A stretch of 64,000 nt of DNA from NCBI GenBank assembly GCA_036561225.1, contig DATBPS010000147.1:21312-85311 (forward strand). The letters run 5' to 3'. Position numbers and translations under genes: made by a program. The stretch comes from Terriglobales bacterium. GTDB lineage: Bacteria > Acidobacteriota > Terriglobia > Terriglobales > SCQP01. Below the pieces are notes generated by a model, which saw only the letters and a program-made list of their open reading frames with translations, searched no databases and was not told where the DNA came from. Shown here piece by piece: positions 56,963-64,000 of the stretch. The first letter of the stretch is position 1; each line of letters opens with the position of its first letter.

Positions 56963-57622
56963 TTATTGCACCACCTGAATCTTCACGTTTTGCAGGATGT
57001 TCGGGTACTGCGGTAGATCCTGCGCGCCGCCTTTGCGCGGCCCCTCGGAGAGGGACTGGGCCACATCCATGCCCTCCACGATCTGGCCAATGATCAGATA
57101 TCCGCCCTCGTCGAGCGCCGGCACCGCCTTGAGCGTGAAAAAGACCTGCGAGCCGCGGGAGGAAGCGTCACCGGGCACCTGGGCCAGAGCCATGCGGCCG
57201 GGCTGGTCGAATTTCAGATTGTTCTTCTCAAACGGCAGCGTGTAGCCGAGCTTGCCGGTGCCATTGTTGAGCGGGTCGCCGGTCTGAATCAGATACCCGG
57301 GGATGGTGCGGAAAAACAGCAGGCTCTGGTACAGCGGCGCCATGGAGAGATTGCCCATGCGCGGATCCTTGTAAGGCTGTTTGCCGTCGGCCAGCGCCAC
57401 GAAGTTGGCGACCGCCTTGGGGGCATCCTTGGGAAACAGTTGAGCCTTGAAGGTGCCCTTGCTGGTGGTGAACAGGGCGTAGGTGCCGGGGCCCAATTTG
57501 GCAGGCGCGGCGGCGGCCTTGGCAGCGGGCTTGGCGGCAGACCGTTTCTGCGCACTCAGACTGAGGCAGCAGGCCAGGGCGAGAGCGGCGGCGATCATGG
57601 TACGTGACAGGGATAAGCGCAT
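56963..57622 (-). CDS. cyclophilin-type peptidyl-prolyl cis-trans isomerase, secreted
   Basis: Signal peptide MRLSLSRTMIAAALALACCLSLSA. Cyclophilin motifs FFRTIPGYLIQTGDP and GQIVEGMDV are present. ATG 57622 was chosen. Confidence 0.85.
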   Translation of the reverse strand: MRLSLSRTMIAAALALACCLSLSAQKRSAAKPAAKAAAAPAKLGPGTYALFTTSKGTFKAQLFPKDAPKAVANFVALADGKQPYKDPRMGNLSMAPLYQSLLFFRTIPGYLIQTGDPLNNGTGKLGYTLPFEKNNLKFDQPGRMALAQVPGDASSRGSQVFFTLKAVPALDEGGYLIIGQIVEGMDVAQSLSEGPRKGGAQDLPQYPNILQNVKIQVVQ

Positions 57623-57674
57623 GGAATCTCCTCGCTCCGCGGTCGGAGTGAGCATGGCCGGGAGACTGGCCATC

Positions 57675-57702
57675 ATTATACGAAATGATACTTTCGGATC
57701 AA
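57675..57702 (-). promoter_or_regulatory. sigma-70-like promoter candidate TTGATC-n16-TATAAT upstream of the cyclophilin gene
   Basis: On the minus strand, -35 TTGATC is at 57702-57697 and -10 TATAAT at 57680-57675. It lies in a locally AT-rich patch about 50 nt upstream of the start codon. Confidence 0.4.
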
Positions 57703-57724
57703 CACCCAATGACGGCCGTGCCAC

Positions 57725-58510
57725 CTATTCGATAGGCATGGTATCAAGGGCGTATCCGCTGGGGCCAATGCGGATGAGGAGCCGGCTGAGGGGGTAGCCG
57801 GCGGCAATCTCTTTGCGCACCACGGGCTGGAGAATGTGCATAAACTCTTCGTCCTCAGCCCCGAAGGTGACGAGGAAATTGCGATTGGGGATGGCGACGG
57901 CAAACTCCTCGGTACGCAGCAGTTCGGCGGCACGTTCGTGAAACTGGGGAGCGAGGATGAAGGCAGCCTTGTGGCCCTGGGCCATCTCGACATGGAAGGC
58001 GCGGATGGTGTCCTGGATGGTCCAGGCCACCACGGTGGCTTCATTCCAGAGGCGTTCAAGGTTTTCGAGGGCGGCGGCCAGCAGGCACTCTTCGGGAATC
58101 TGCCAGGTTTGCAACTGGTCGCGGTGCACCCAGACGTCGTGGTCGCCGCAGGTGAGCACATACCCGACTTCCCCGGCGAGCGGATAAAAGAGTGGGTGGG
58201 GCTGGCGTTTGACCAGACCGGAGGTGATGAGCTTGGGGAAGATGCGCGGCCGCGCGGTTTCCCAATCGGCGGGGATGCGGTGCTCGATGGTACCGACGAC
58301 GCGGGTGAGGTAGGTATCCATGTCGAAGCGTTCGCCGTTCTGGCAAAACGCCGCCCAGGCGCGGCTCAGACGCAGGCGGTGGGCGGTGGGGAGGCCGGAG
58401 GGGGAGCGCAGGATGGCGATCTCCAACTGACCGGCCTTGAGAAAGCGGGCCTGTGGGTACAGGCGCTGCAGCCGGAGGAGTGCGCTGGCCTCAAACTCTT
58501 CGCGCGTCAT
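57725..58510 (-). CDS. hypothetical cytoplasmic protein (261 aa)
   Basis: ORF with coding-like composition. ATG 58510 was chosen because the upstream part of the track ORF is Ala/Pro/Arg-rich read-through. I only vaguely recall similarity to DUF1444-type proteins, and this is not verifiable here. Confidence 0.5.
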   Translation of the reverse strand: MTREEFEASALLRLQRLYPQARFLKAGQLEIAILRSPSGLPTAHRLRLSRAWAAFCQNGERFDMDTYLTRVVGTIEHRIPADWETARPRIFPKLITSGLVKRQPHPLFYPLAGEVGYVLTCGDHDVWVHRDQLQTWQIPEECLLAAALENLERLWNEATVVAWTIQDTIRAFHVEMAQGHKAAFILAPQFHERAAELLRTEEFAVAIPNRNFLVTFGAEDEEFMHILQPVVRKEIAAGYPLSRLLIRIGPSGYALDTMPIE

Positions 58511-58559
58511 TGTCTCGATGATAACAATATCCAGGGTAGGTGGACGGCGGCCGCGCCGG

Positions 58560-59264
58560 TCAATGCGGGCGCAGTTGCAACGGGCGGTCCAGCCGCACGG
58601 TGAGGCGGCTGCCGGGGTTGAGTTCGAGATGGCGATGGCGCACCAGCCAGATGCCGGCGGCGATGGCGGCGCCGATGCCGGCGCCGGCGATCGCGCCCTG
58701 GCCGCCGGCGATGAGGGCGCCCCCCAGCAAGCCACCGCCCACGCCGGCTTCGGTGTGGTGAAGGTCGGAGGTCATCATGCCGCGTGGTTCCCGCAGCATG
58801 CCCTCGGAATCAACCCGGGCGTCGTGCAGCGGATCGGTCTGGGTGACCACGGCGCTGATGGTGTAGCGGGTGCCGTCGGGAAGGGTGAGGAGGTCGGGTT
58901 TGAGCAGCAGCTGCGAATCGCCGGCCGCCGGGCGCTCGTCGCGCACGCGGATGATGTGGCCTTCCAGAATGGACCCGGCGGGCACGACCTCGCGGCCCTG
59001 GTAGAAGACCGAGGTCATGACGCGGGCGGCAAAGCCGTCACCGTATTGATTGTCGCGGGTGCTGAGGTGGGTCTCCATCTGCAGCGGGATGGGCGTCTGG
59101 GCGGGCAGCATCAAGGGGGTGGAGGCGGCGCTGGGGCGCAGCGTGGCGGGCGCGGCGGCGGGGGCGGGAATGTCGGAGACGGTGGGGCCAGGCGACTGCG
59201 CGGTGGCGACCACGGTCGCCAGGGCGGTGGCGGCAAAAAGAGCCAGACAGCGCGAAGTGCTCAT
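58560..59264 (-). CDS. hypothetical secreted protein with C-terminal glycine-zipper segment
   Basis: Signal peptide MSTSRCLALFAATALATVVATAQS. The C-terminal GVGGGLLGGALIAGGQGAIAGAGIGAAIAAGIWL is glycine-zipper-like. Confidence 0.5.
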   Translation of the reverse strand: MSTSRCLALFAATALATVVATAQSPGPTVSDIPAPAAAPATLRPSAASTPLMLPAQTPIPLQMETHLSTRDNQYGDGFAARVMTSVFYQGREVVPAGSILEGHIIRVRDERPAAGDSQLLLKPDLLTLPDGTRYTISAVVTQTDPLHDARVDSEGMLREPRGMMTSDLHHTEAGVGGGLLGGALIAGGQGAIAGAGIGAAIAAGIWLVRHRHLELNPGSRLTVRLDRPLQLRPH

Positions 59265-59347
59265 AGCGTCAGCATAGAACGGGAGGGGAGGGGAAAAGGC
59301 GGTGGACTCGCAAGAGTAACCCCGGGTCCCCGGCTGTAGTAGGAGGG

Positions 59348-59377
59348 TTGAATTGCCCGCCATGCAGAGCGTATGCT
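59348..59377 (+). promoter_or_regulatory. promoter candidate TTGAAT-n18-TATGCT upstream of sdhCAB
   Basis: Read directly. It lies about 36 nt upstream of the GTG start, which itself follows a GGGGGAG RBS. Confidence 0.3.
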
Positions 59378-59412
59378 GAAGATTCGCCTTTCGTGATCTC
59401 AGGGGGAGACCA

Positions 59413-60210
59413 GTGTCTTCGATTGATGTTCCGCTGAAAAAGCTGAACCAGCGCGGCTTCGGTGAAACCGAGCGCCCGGACTTGTGGTGGCTAAACCCAC
59501 TGCTGGTGTTTCTGGGCCTGGGAGCTTTTCTTGTTTACTCGACCTGGGCGGCCTTCCAGGGCGACTTCTACCGTTTCGGTCCTTACCTTTCGCCGATGTA
59601 TTCGCCGGTGCTGTTTACCACCCGGCCGAATTGGTGGCCGGTGTGGGTGCCGTTTTCGGCGGCGCTGGTGATTTTGTGGGCGCCGGGCGGGTTTCGCGTG
59701 ACCTGCTACTACTACCGCGGCGCGTACTACAAGGCGTTCTGGGGCGACCCGGTGGCCTGCGCGGTGGGCGAGCCGCGCAAGAAATATTGGGGCGAGCGCA
59801 AGTTCCCGCTGCTGCTGCAGAACATCCATCGCTACTTCCTGTATCTGGCGCTGTTGTTCCTGGTGCTGCTGGCGCATGATGCCTGGAATGCGCTGTGGTG
59901 GACGCACGCCATGGATGCGGCCGTGCCGGTCGGGCAGAAGATGTTCGAGCTGCGGGTGGGCACGCTGGTGATGATCATCAACCCCATTTTGCTGGGCGGC
60001 TACACGCTGGGCTGCCACTCGCTGCGGCATCTGGTGGGCGGGCGCAAGAACGAAATGGGTCAGCCGCGCAAGAAGGTCTACGACTGCGTCACCTGCCTCA
60101 ACGGCCGCCACATGAACTGGGCGTGGTTCAGCCTGTTCTTCGTGATGTTCGCCGATATCTATGTGCGGTTGTGTGCGATGGGCATTTGGCCCGACTGGAG
60201 ACTTTTTTAA
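59413..60210 (+). CDS. sdhC: putative succinate dehydrogenase/fumarate reductase membrane anchor (cytochrome b) subunit
   Basis: Polytopic membrane protein (about 5 TM helices) with conserved His residues, 3 nt upstream of sdhA. It is assigned mainly by operon position. Confidence 0.6.
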   Translation: MSSIDVPLKKLNQRGFGETERPDLWWLNPLLVFLGLGAFLVYSTWAAFQGDFYRFGPYLSPMYSPVLFTTRPNWWPVWVPFSAALVILWAPGGFRVTCYYYRGAYYKAFWGDPVACAVGEPRKKYWGERKFPLLLQNIHRYFLYLALLFLVLLAHDAWNALWWTHAMDAAVPVGQKMFELRVGTLVMIINPILLGGYTLGCHSLRHLVGGRKNEMGQPRKKVYDCVTCLNGRHMNWAWFSLFFVMFADIYVRLCAMGIWPDWRLF

Positions 60211-60213
60211 GCT

Positions 60214-62034
60214 ATGCCTGGGTATACAACGCATGAATGCGATGTGCTGGTGGTCGGCGCCGGAGGGGCGGGGTTGCGGGCGGCGATCGAAGCCTCGGCG
60301 GCGGGCGCGAAGGTGGCGGTGGTCACCAAGTCGCTGCTGGGCAAGGCGCATACCGTGATGGCCGAGGGCGGCATGGCGGCGGCCATGGGCAATGTGGATG
60401 ACCGCGACAATTGGCGGGTACACTTTGCCGACACCATGCGCGGCGGGCAGTACCTGAACAATTGGCGCATGGCGGAGCTGCACGCCAAGGAAGCCCCGGC
60501 CCGGGTGAAGGAACTGGAGTCCTGGGGCGCCATCTTCGACCGTACCCAGGACGGGCGCATTCTGCAGCGCAACTTTGGCGGCCATCGCTATCCTCGGTTG
60601 GCGCATGTGGGCGATCGCACCGGGCTGGAGATGATCCGCACCCTGCAGGATCACGGCATCCACCAGGGGATCGACTTCCACATGGAGACTACGCTGCTCA
60701 CCCTGCTGGTCAGCGGCGGGCGGTGCGTGGGCGGCTTCGGGTACGAGCGGGAACGGGGCCGCTATTTGCTCTTCCTGGCCAAGGCCGTGGTGCTGGCCAC
60801 CGGGGGCATCGGCCGCGCCTTTCAGATCACCAGCAACAGTTGGGAATACACCGGCGACGGGCAGTCGCTGGCCTACCACGCGGGCGCGGCGCTGCGCGAC
60901 TGCGAGTTTGTGCAGTTTCATCCCACCGGCATGGTGTGGCCGCCCAGCGTACGCGGCATCCTGGTGACCGAAGGGGTGCGCGGCGAAGGCGGCGTGCTGC
61001 GCAACAACCAGGGAAAGCGCTTCATGTTCGATGACGTGCCGGAGAACTACCGCAGCTCGACCGCGGACAATCCGGAAGAGGGGTGGCGTTACACCCAGGG
61101 GGACAAGAACGCGCGGCGGCCGCCGGAACTGCTGACCCGCGACCACGTGGCGCGCTGCATCCGGCGCGAAGTGCAGGCCGGCCGCGGCAGCCCGCACGGC
61201 GGCGTCTTCCTCGACATCGCCTGGATCAAGGAAAAGCTGCCCAACTCGGTCGAGCACATCAAGAAGAAGCTGCCCAGCATGTACCACCAGTTCAAGCAGC
61301 TGGCCGATCTCGACATCACCCAGACGCCGATGGAGGTCGGTCCGACGACGCATTATTTCATGGGCGGCATCCAAGTGGATGGGGATACGCAGATGACCAG
61401 CGTGGAAGGGCTGTTTGCGGCGGGCGAGTGCGCCGCCGGTCTGCATGGCGCCAACCGGCTGGGTGGCAATTCGCTCTCCGACCTGTTGGTTTTCGGCAAG
61501 CGCGCCGGCGAGCACGCCGCGGGCTTTTCCCGCGACCGGGCCGCAGTGGGCGCGGCGGCGGTTCAGGATCAGATCGATGCCGCCATCCGGCGGGCGGAGG
61601 CCCCCTTTGAGCGCGGAACGAGCGGGGAAAACCCGTTCGCCCTGCAGCACGAACTGCAGGAGATGATGCAGAAGTGGGTGGGCATCGTGCGCACCCAAAG
61701 CGAAATGGAACAGGCGCTCGCAAAGCTGCAGGAGCTGCGGCGCAAAGCGGAGCGGGTGGGTGTCGGCGGCAATCGGGAATACAACAATGGCTGGCACACG
61801 GCTCTCGATCTGGACAGCCTGCTGACCGTATCGGAGTTGGTGGCCCGGGCGGGGGCGGAGCGCACCGAGAGTCGCGGTGGGCATTTCCGTGACGATTTCC
61901 CCGCCAAGGACGAGGCCTGGGGCAAGGTCAATCTCGAAATCCGGCGCGGGCCGGATGGGGCGCCGCAACTGCGGAAAGTGCCGGTGGTGGCCATGCCGGC
62001 GGATCTGCAGCAGGCGATTGAGGAGAACAAGTAA
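60214..62034 (+). CDS. sdhA: succinate dehydrogenase/fumarate reductase flavoprotein subunit
   Basis: VLVVGAGGAGLRAA FAD motif, the HTVMAEGG covalent-FAD His context, HPTG and RLGGNSL motifs are present. Confidence 0.95.
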   Translation: MPGYTTHECDVLVVGAGGAGLRAAIEASAAGAKVAVVTKSLLGKAHTVMAEGGMAAAMGNVDDRDNWRVHFADTMRGGQYLNNWRMAELHAKEAPARVKELESWGAIFDRTQDGRILQRNFGGHRYPRLAHVGDRTGLEMIRTLQDHGIHQGIDFHMETTLLTLLVSGGRCVGGFGYERERGRYLLFLAKAVVLATGGIGRAFQITSNSWEYTGDGQSLAYHAGAALRDCEFVQFHPTGMVWPPSVRGILVTEGVRGEGGVLRNNQGKRFMFDDVPENYRSSTADNPEEGWRYTQGDKNARRPPELLTRDHVARCIRREVQAGRGSPHGGVFLDIAWIKEKLPNSVEHIKKKLPSMYHQFKQLADLDITQTPMEVGPTTHYFMGGIQVDGDTQMTSVEGLFAAGECAAGLHGANRLGGNSLSDLLVFGKRAGEHAAGFSRDRAAVGAAAVQDQIDAAIRRAEAPFERGTSGENPFALQHELQEMMQKWVGIVRTQSEMEQALAKLQELRRKAERVGVGGNREYNNGWHTALDLDSLLTVSELVARAGAERTESRGGHFRDDFPAKDEAWGKVNLEIRRGPDGAPQLRKVPVVAMPADLQQAIEENK

Positions 62035-62843
62035 TGGCATCGGCGACGCAGTCCGCTCCCCACCCGGCCGCCGGGAGCACGACCGCAGGCGGCGCGGCGC
62101 AACCGCGTTCGGCGACCTTCCGCATCTGGCGCGGCAACGACAACCAGGGCGGCTATGTGGACTTCACCACCGAAGTGCAGGAGGGCATGGTGGTCCTGGA
62201 CGCGGTGCACCACATCCAGGCCACCCAGGCGCCCGACCTCGCGGTGCGATGGAATTGCAAGGCGGGCAAGTGCGGATCCTGTTCGGCCGAGATCAACGGC
62301 ATGCCCAAGCTGATGTGCATGACGCGCCTGAACAGCCTGGATTTGACCCAGCCGGTGACCATCGAACCCATGCGGACGTTCCCGCACGTGAAGGATCTGG
62401 TGACCGACGTTTCCTGGAATTACCGCACCAAGGAGCGCATCGCGCCCTTCCAGCCCAAGGCGCCCGAGGCGGACGGAACCTGGCGGGAATCGCAGTCGGA
62501 TGTGGATCGGCCCCAGGAGTTCCGCAAGTGCATTGAGTGCTTCCTGTGCCAGGACGTTTGCCATGTGCTGCGCGAGCACCATATGCATGACCAGTTCGTC
62601 GGGCCCCGCTTCTTGATTCACATTGCCCAACTGGAGATGAACCCCCTGGATGAAGGGGACCGGCTGAAGGAATTGAAGGACGACTTCAACATCGGCTACT
62701 GCAACATCACCAAGTGCTGCACGAAGGTCTGCCCGGAAGGTATCCACATCACCGACAACGGCATCATTCCGTTGAAGGAGCGGGTGGTGGACCGCTTCTA
62801 CGATCCGCTGGGCGGACTATGGCGCGGGCGGAAGAAGAAGTAG
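62034..62843 (+). CDS. sdhB: succinate dehydrogenase/fumarate reductase iron-sulfur subunit
   Basis: 2Fe-2S cluster CKAGKCGSCSAEINGMPKLMC. 4Fe-4S and 3Fe-4S clusters CIECFLCQDVC and CNITKCCTKVCP. The ATG overlaps the sdhA stop. Confidence 0.9.
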   Translation: MASATQSAPHPAAGSTTAGGAAQPRSATFRIWRGNDNQGGYVDFTTEVQEGMVVLDAVHHIQATQAPDLAVRWNCKAGKCGSCSAEINGMPKLMCMTRLNSLDLTQPVTIEPMRTFPHVKDLVTDVSWNYRTKERIAPFQPKAPEADGTWRESQSDVDRPQEFRKCIECFLCQDVCHVLREHHMHDQFVGPRFLIHIAQLEMNPLDEGDRLKELKDDFNIGYCNITKCCTKVCPEGIHITDNGIIPLKERVVDRFYDPLGGLWRGRKKK

Positions 62844-62847
62844 GCCG

Positions 62848-63057
62848 GTGCAGATTGTGTTCAACGGGCGGGCGGTGGAGGCATCGGCGTCCACGGTGAG
62901 CGCGTTGCTGGCGGAGATGGGCCTGGGGGAAGAGCGGCTGGCGGTGGAGCGCAACCGGGTACTGGTGCCCCGGCGCTTGTGGGCCGAAACTTTGCTGGCG
63001 CCCGGAGACGCGATCGAAGTGGTGCAAATGGTGGGCGGCGGCGCCGCCGCCGGTTGA
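62848..63057 (+). CDS. thiS: sulfur-carrier protein ThiS (with 4-aa extension after the Gly-Gly motif)
   Basis: 69 aa with a ThiS-like pattern (MQIVFNGR...VERNRVLVPRRLWAETLLAPGDAIEVVQMVGGG) followed by AAAG. The GTG start is 4 nt after the sdhB stop. Confidence 0.75.
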   Translation: MQIVFNGRAVEASASTVSALLAEMGLGEERLAVERNRVLVPRRLWAETLLAPGDAIEVVQMVGGGAAAG

Positions 63058-63061
63058 CGCC

Positions 63062-63805
63062 TTAGCCGTGGTGGGCGCGGCGCCCCTGGGCCTGATACAG
63101 GCGGGCGTGACGGCGGATCTCGATCACATCCCAGAACATGCGCAGGCTGTCGCGCAGCAGGTGGATCTTGGCGCCGTCGGCGTGGGACCAGACGACGGGT
63201 ATCTCCTCCACGCGGAAACCGAAGCGGCCGGCCAGGAAGAGCAGTTCCGGATCGAATCCCCAGCGCTCAATCCGCTGCTGCGGGAATATGGCGAGGGCGC
63301 TTTCGCGGTTGAAGAGCTTGAAGCCGCACTGGGTGTCGGTATAGGGCAGGCTCAAGCCGAGGCGCACGATGGCATTGAAAATGCGTCCGGCGTTTTCGCG
63401 CACCCAGGACTGATGGACGCGAATCATGCGGCGATTGCGGCGGCTGCCGATGGCGATATCGGCGCCATTGCGCAACGCCTGCTCCAGGCGGGGCAGTTCC
63501 GACAGCGGCGCCGAGAGATCGGCATCGGTGAACAAACGCAGTTCGCCGCTGGCGGCCAGCATGCCGTGGCGCACGCTATAGCCCTTGCCGCGATTGGCCG
63601 CGTTGTGCAGCCGCCGCCAGACCAGGCGGGGGCGGTCGGCGGGTAAAGGGAGAGAGGGCGAGGCATCGGTCGAGCCGTCATCCACCAGGATGACCTCGAC
63701 GGCGCGCGAGTCGGCGGCGAAGTGATCGCTGATCGCCGCCAGGGTGGCCGGCAGGCGGCGAGCCTCGTTGTAGACCGGGATGATGATGCTCAGGTCGGCA
63801 TTCAT
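63062..63805 (-). CDS. family 2 glycosyltransferase (dolichyl/polyprenyl-phosphate hexosyltransferase-like)
   Basis: SIIIPVYNEARRL, VILVDDGSTD and TDADLS (DxD) motifs are present. Confidence 0.85.
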   Translation of the reverse strand: MNADLSIIIPVYNEARRLPATLAAISDHFAADSRAVEVILVDDGSTDASPSLPLPADRPRLVWRRLHNAANRGKGYSVRHGMLAASGELRLFTDADLSAPLSELPRLEQALRNGADIAIGSRRNRRMIRVHQSWVRENAGRIFNAIVRLGLSLPYTDTQCGFKLFNRESALAIFPQQRIERWGFDPELLFLAGRFGFRVEEIPVVWSHADGAKIHLLRDSLRMFWDVIEIRRHARLYQAQGRRAHHG

Positions 63806-63847
63806 CGTTGCGCAGTTCAGTATACGCGCAGCGGCGGGCGGCGGGTC

Positions 63848-64000
63848 TCAGCCGGCGCGCCGCCGCGGTTCCTTGCTCAGCCAACCCGCCATGCGGTCGA
63901 GAAACAGGCTCAGAATGGCTTCGTCCCACCACTCCTGGCGCGCCTCGTACAGCAGCACCGAGGCGGCTTGCTGGTGCGTCCAGGCGGGCTTGTAGGGGCG
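63848..64000 (-). CDS. hypothetical protein, C-terminal fragment (5' end outside window)
   Basis: The minus-strand frame is open from the window edge to TGA (63850-63848): ...PAWTHQQAASVLLYEARQEWWDEAILSLFLDRMAGWLSKEPRRRAG. It lies 42 nt upstream of the GT2 gene on the same strand. Confidence 0.4.
   Translation of the reverse strand, partial: RPYKPAWTHQQAASVLLYEARQEWWDEAILSLFLDRMAGWLSKEPRRRAG

Noticed and set aside
59491-62040. 849-aa minus-strand ORF across sdhC and sdhA. Similar long antisense ORFs occur at 10752-11945, 14494-15768, 15801-17096, 19983-21605, 36535-37905, 54120-55424 and 55710-56948.
   Set aside because: All of them lie opposite genes with strong, full-length family similarity. 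Their products are Arg/Pro/Gly/His-rich low-complexity sequences. They are high-G+C artefacts.
62844-62847. TPP riboswitch near thiS (and near thiG), and a SAM riboswitch upstream of the YitJ-like gene (15921).
   Set aside because: thiS starts 4 nt after sdhB, and the YitJ-like gene overlaps the lysS stop, so there is no room for a leader. The thiG 5' region lies outside the window.
1-64000. CRISPR arrays, transposases or IS elements, integrases, prophage genes, rRNA, further tRNAs, tmRNA, RNase P RNA or SRP RNA.
   Set aside because: Scanning by eye found no spaced direct repeats longer than heptamers and no DDE or tyrosine-recombinase-like ORFs. There was no second T-loop (GTTCRANYC) context and no hallmark motifs of the common housekeeping RNAs. 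This was a manual scan only, so small elements could have been missed.

Overview
This is a high-G+C bacterial chromosomal segment. Spot counts of 60-nt lines in core genes gave about 65-68% G+C. It is tightly packed with about 58 protein genes and one tRNA, almost all housekeeping. The recognisable genes are thiG (5'-truncated), the gcvT-gcvH-gcvPA-gcvPB glycine-cleavage operon, a class-V aminotransferase/serA-like pair, lysS, a YitJ-like homocysteine methyltransferase/MTHFR fusion, rfaE2, alaS, mreD-mrdA-rodA, an RNase E/G, pdxS-pdxT-glgC, folE, truA, glnE, icd, mdh, tpx, sdhCAB, thiS and a GT2 glycosyltransferase. An ADOP-type duplicated FtsX permease, a TolC-like protein, two very large Asp-box (BNR/sortilin-like) secreted proteins and frequent lack of Shine-Dalgarno sites suggest an Acidobacteriota-like genome; this is inference only. 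I saw no CRISPR array, transposase, integrase, prophage, recognisable defence island or biosynthetic cluster. I do not find convincing evidence for a novel multi-gene system here. The points most worth a second look are listed below.
- A clear selenocysteine tRNA (selC) at 51131-51225, so TGA recoding is possible in this genome.
- A 26-nt exact (34-nt near-exact) repeat 10 nt after selC, whose other copy lies 6.5 kb away inside a GC-rich three-helix element between the ADOP permease and tolC.
- A low-G+C singleton DUF3800 gene inserted between thiG and ftsB.
- An RNase E/G whose S1 region carries a roughly 320-aa disordered insertion, with a 13-aa motif duplicated with only synonymous DNA differences.
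- Two heptamer micro-repeats in intergenic spacers, and several small or uncharacterised ORFs.
Many long ORFs in the supplied track are antisense or upstream read-through artefacts of high G+C and were trimmed or rejected.
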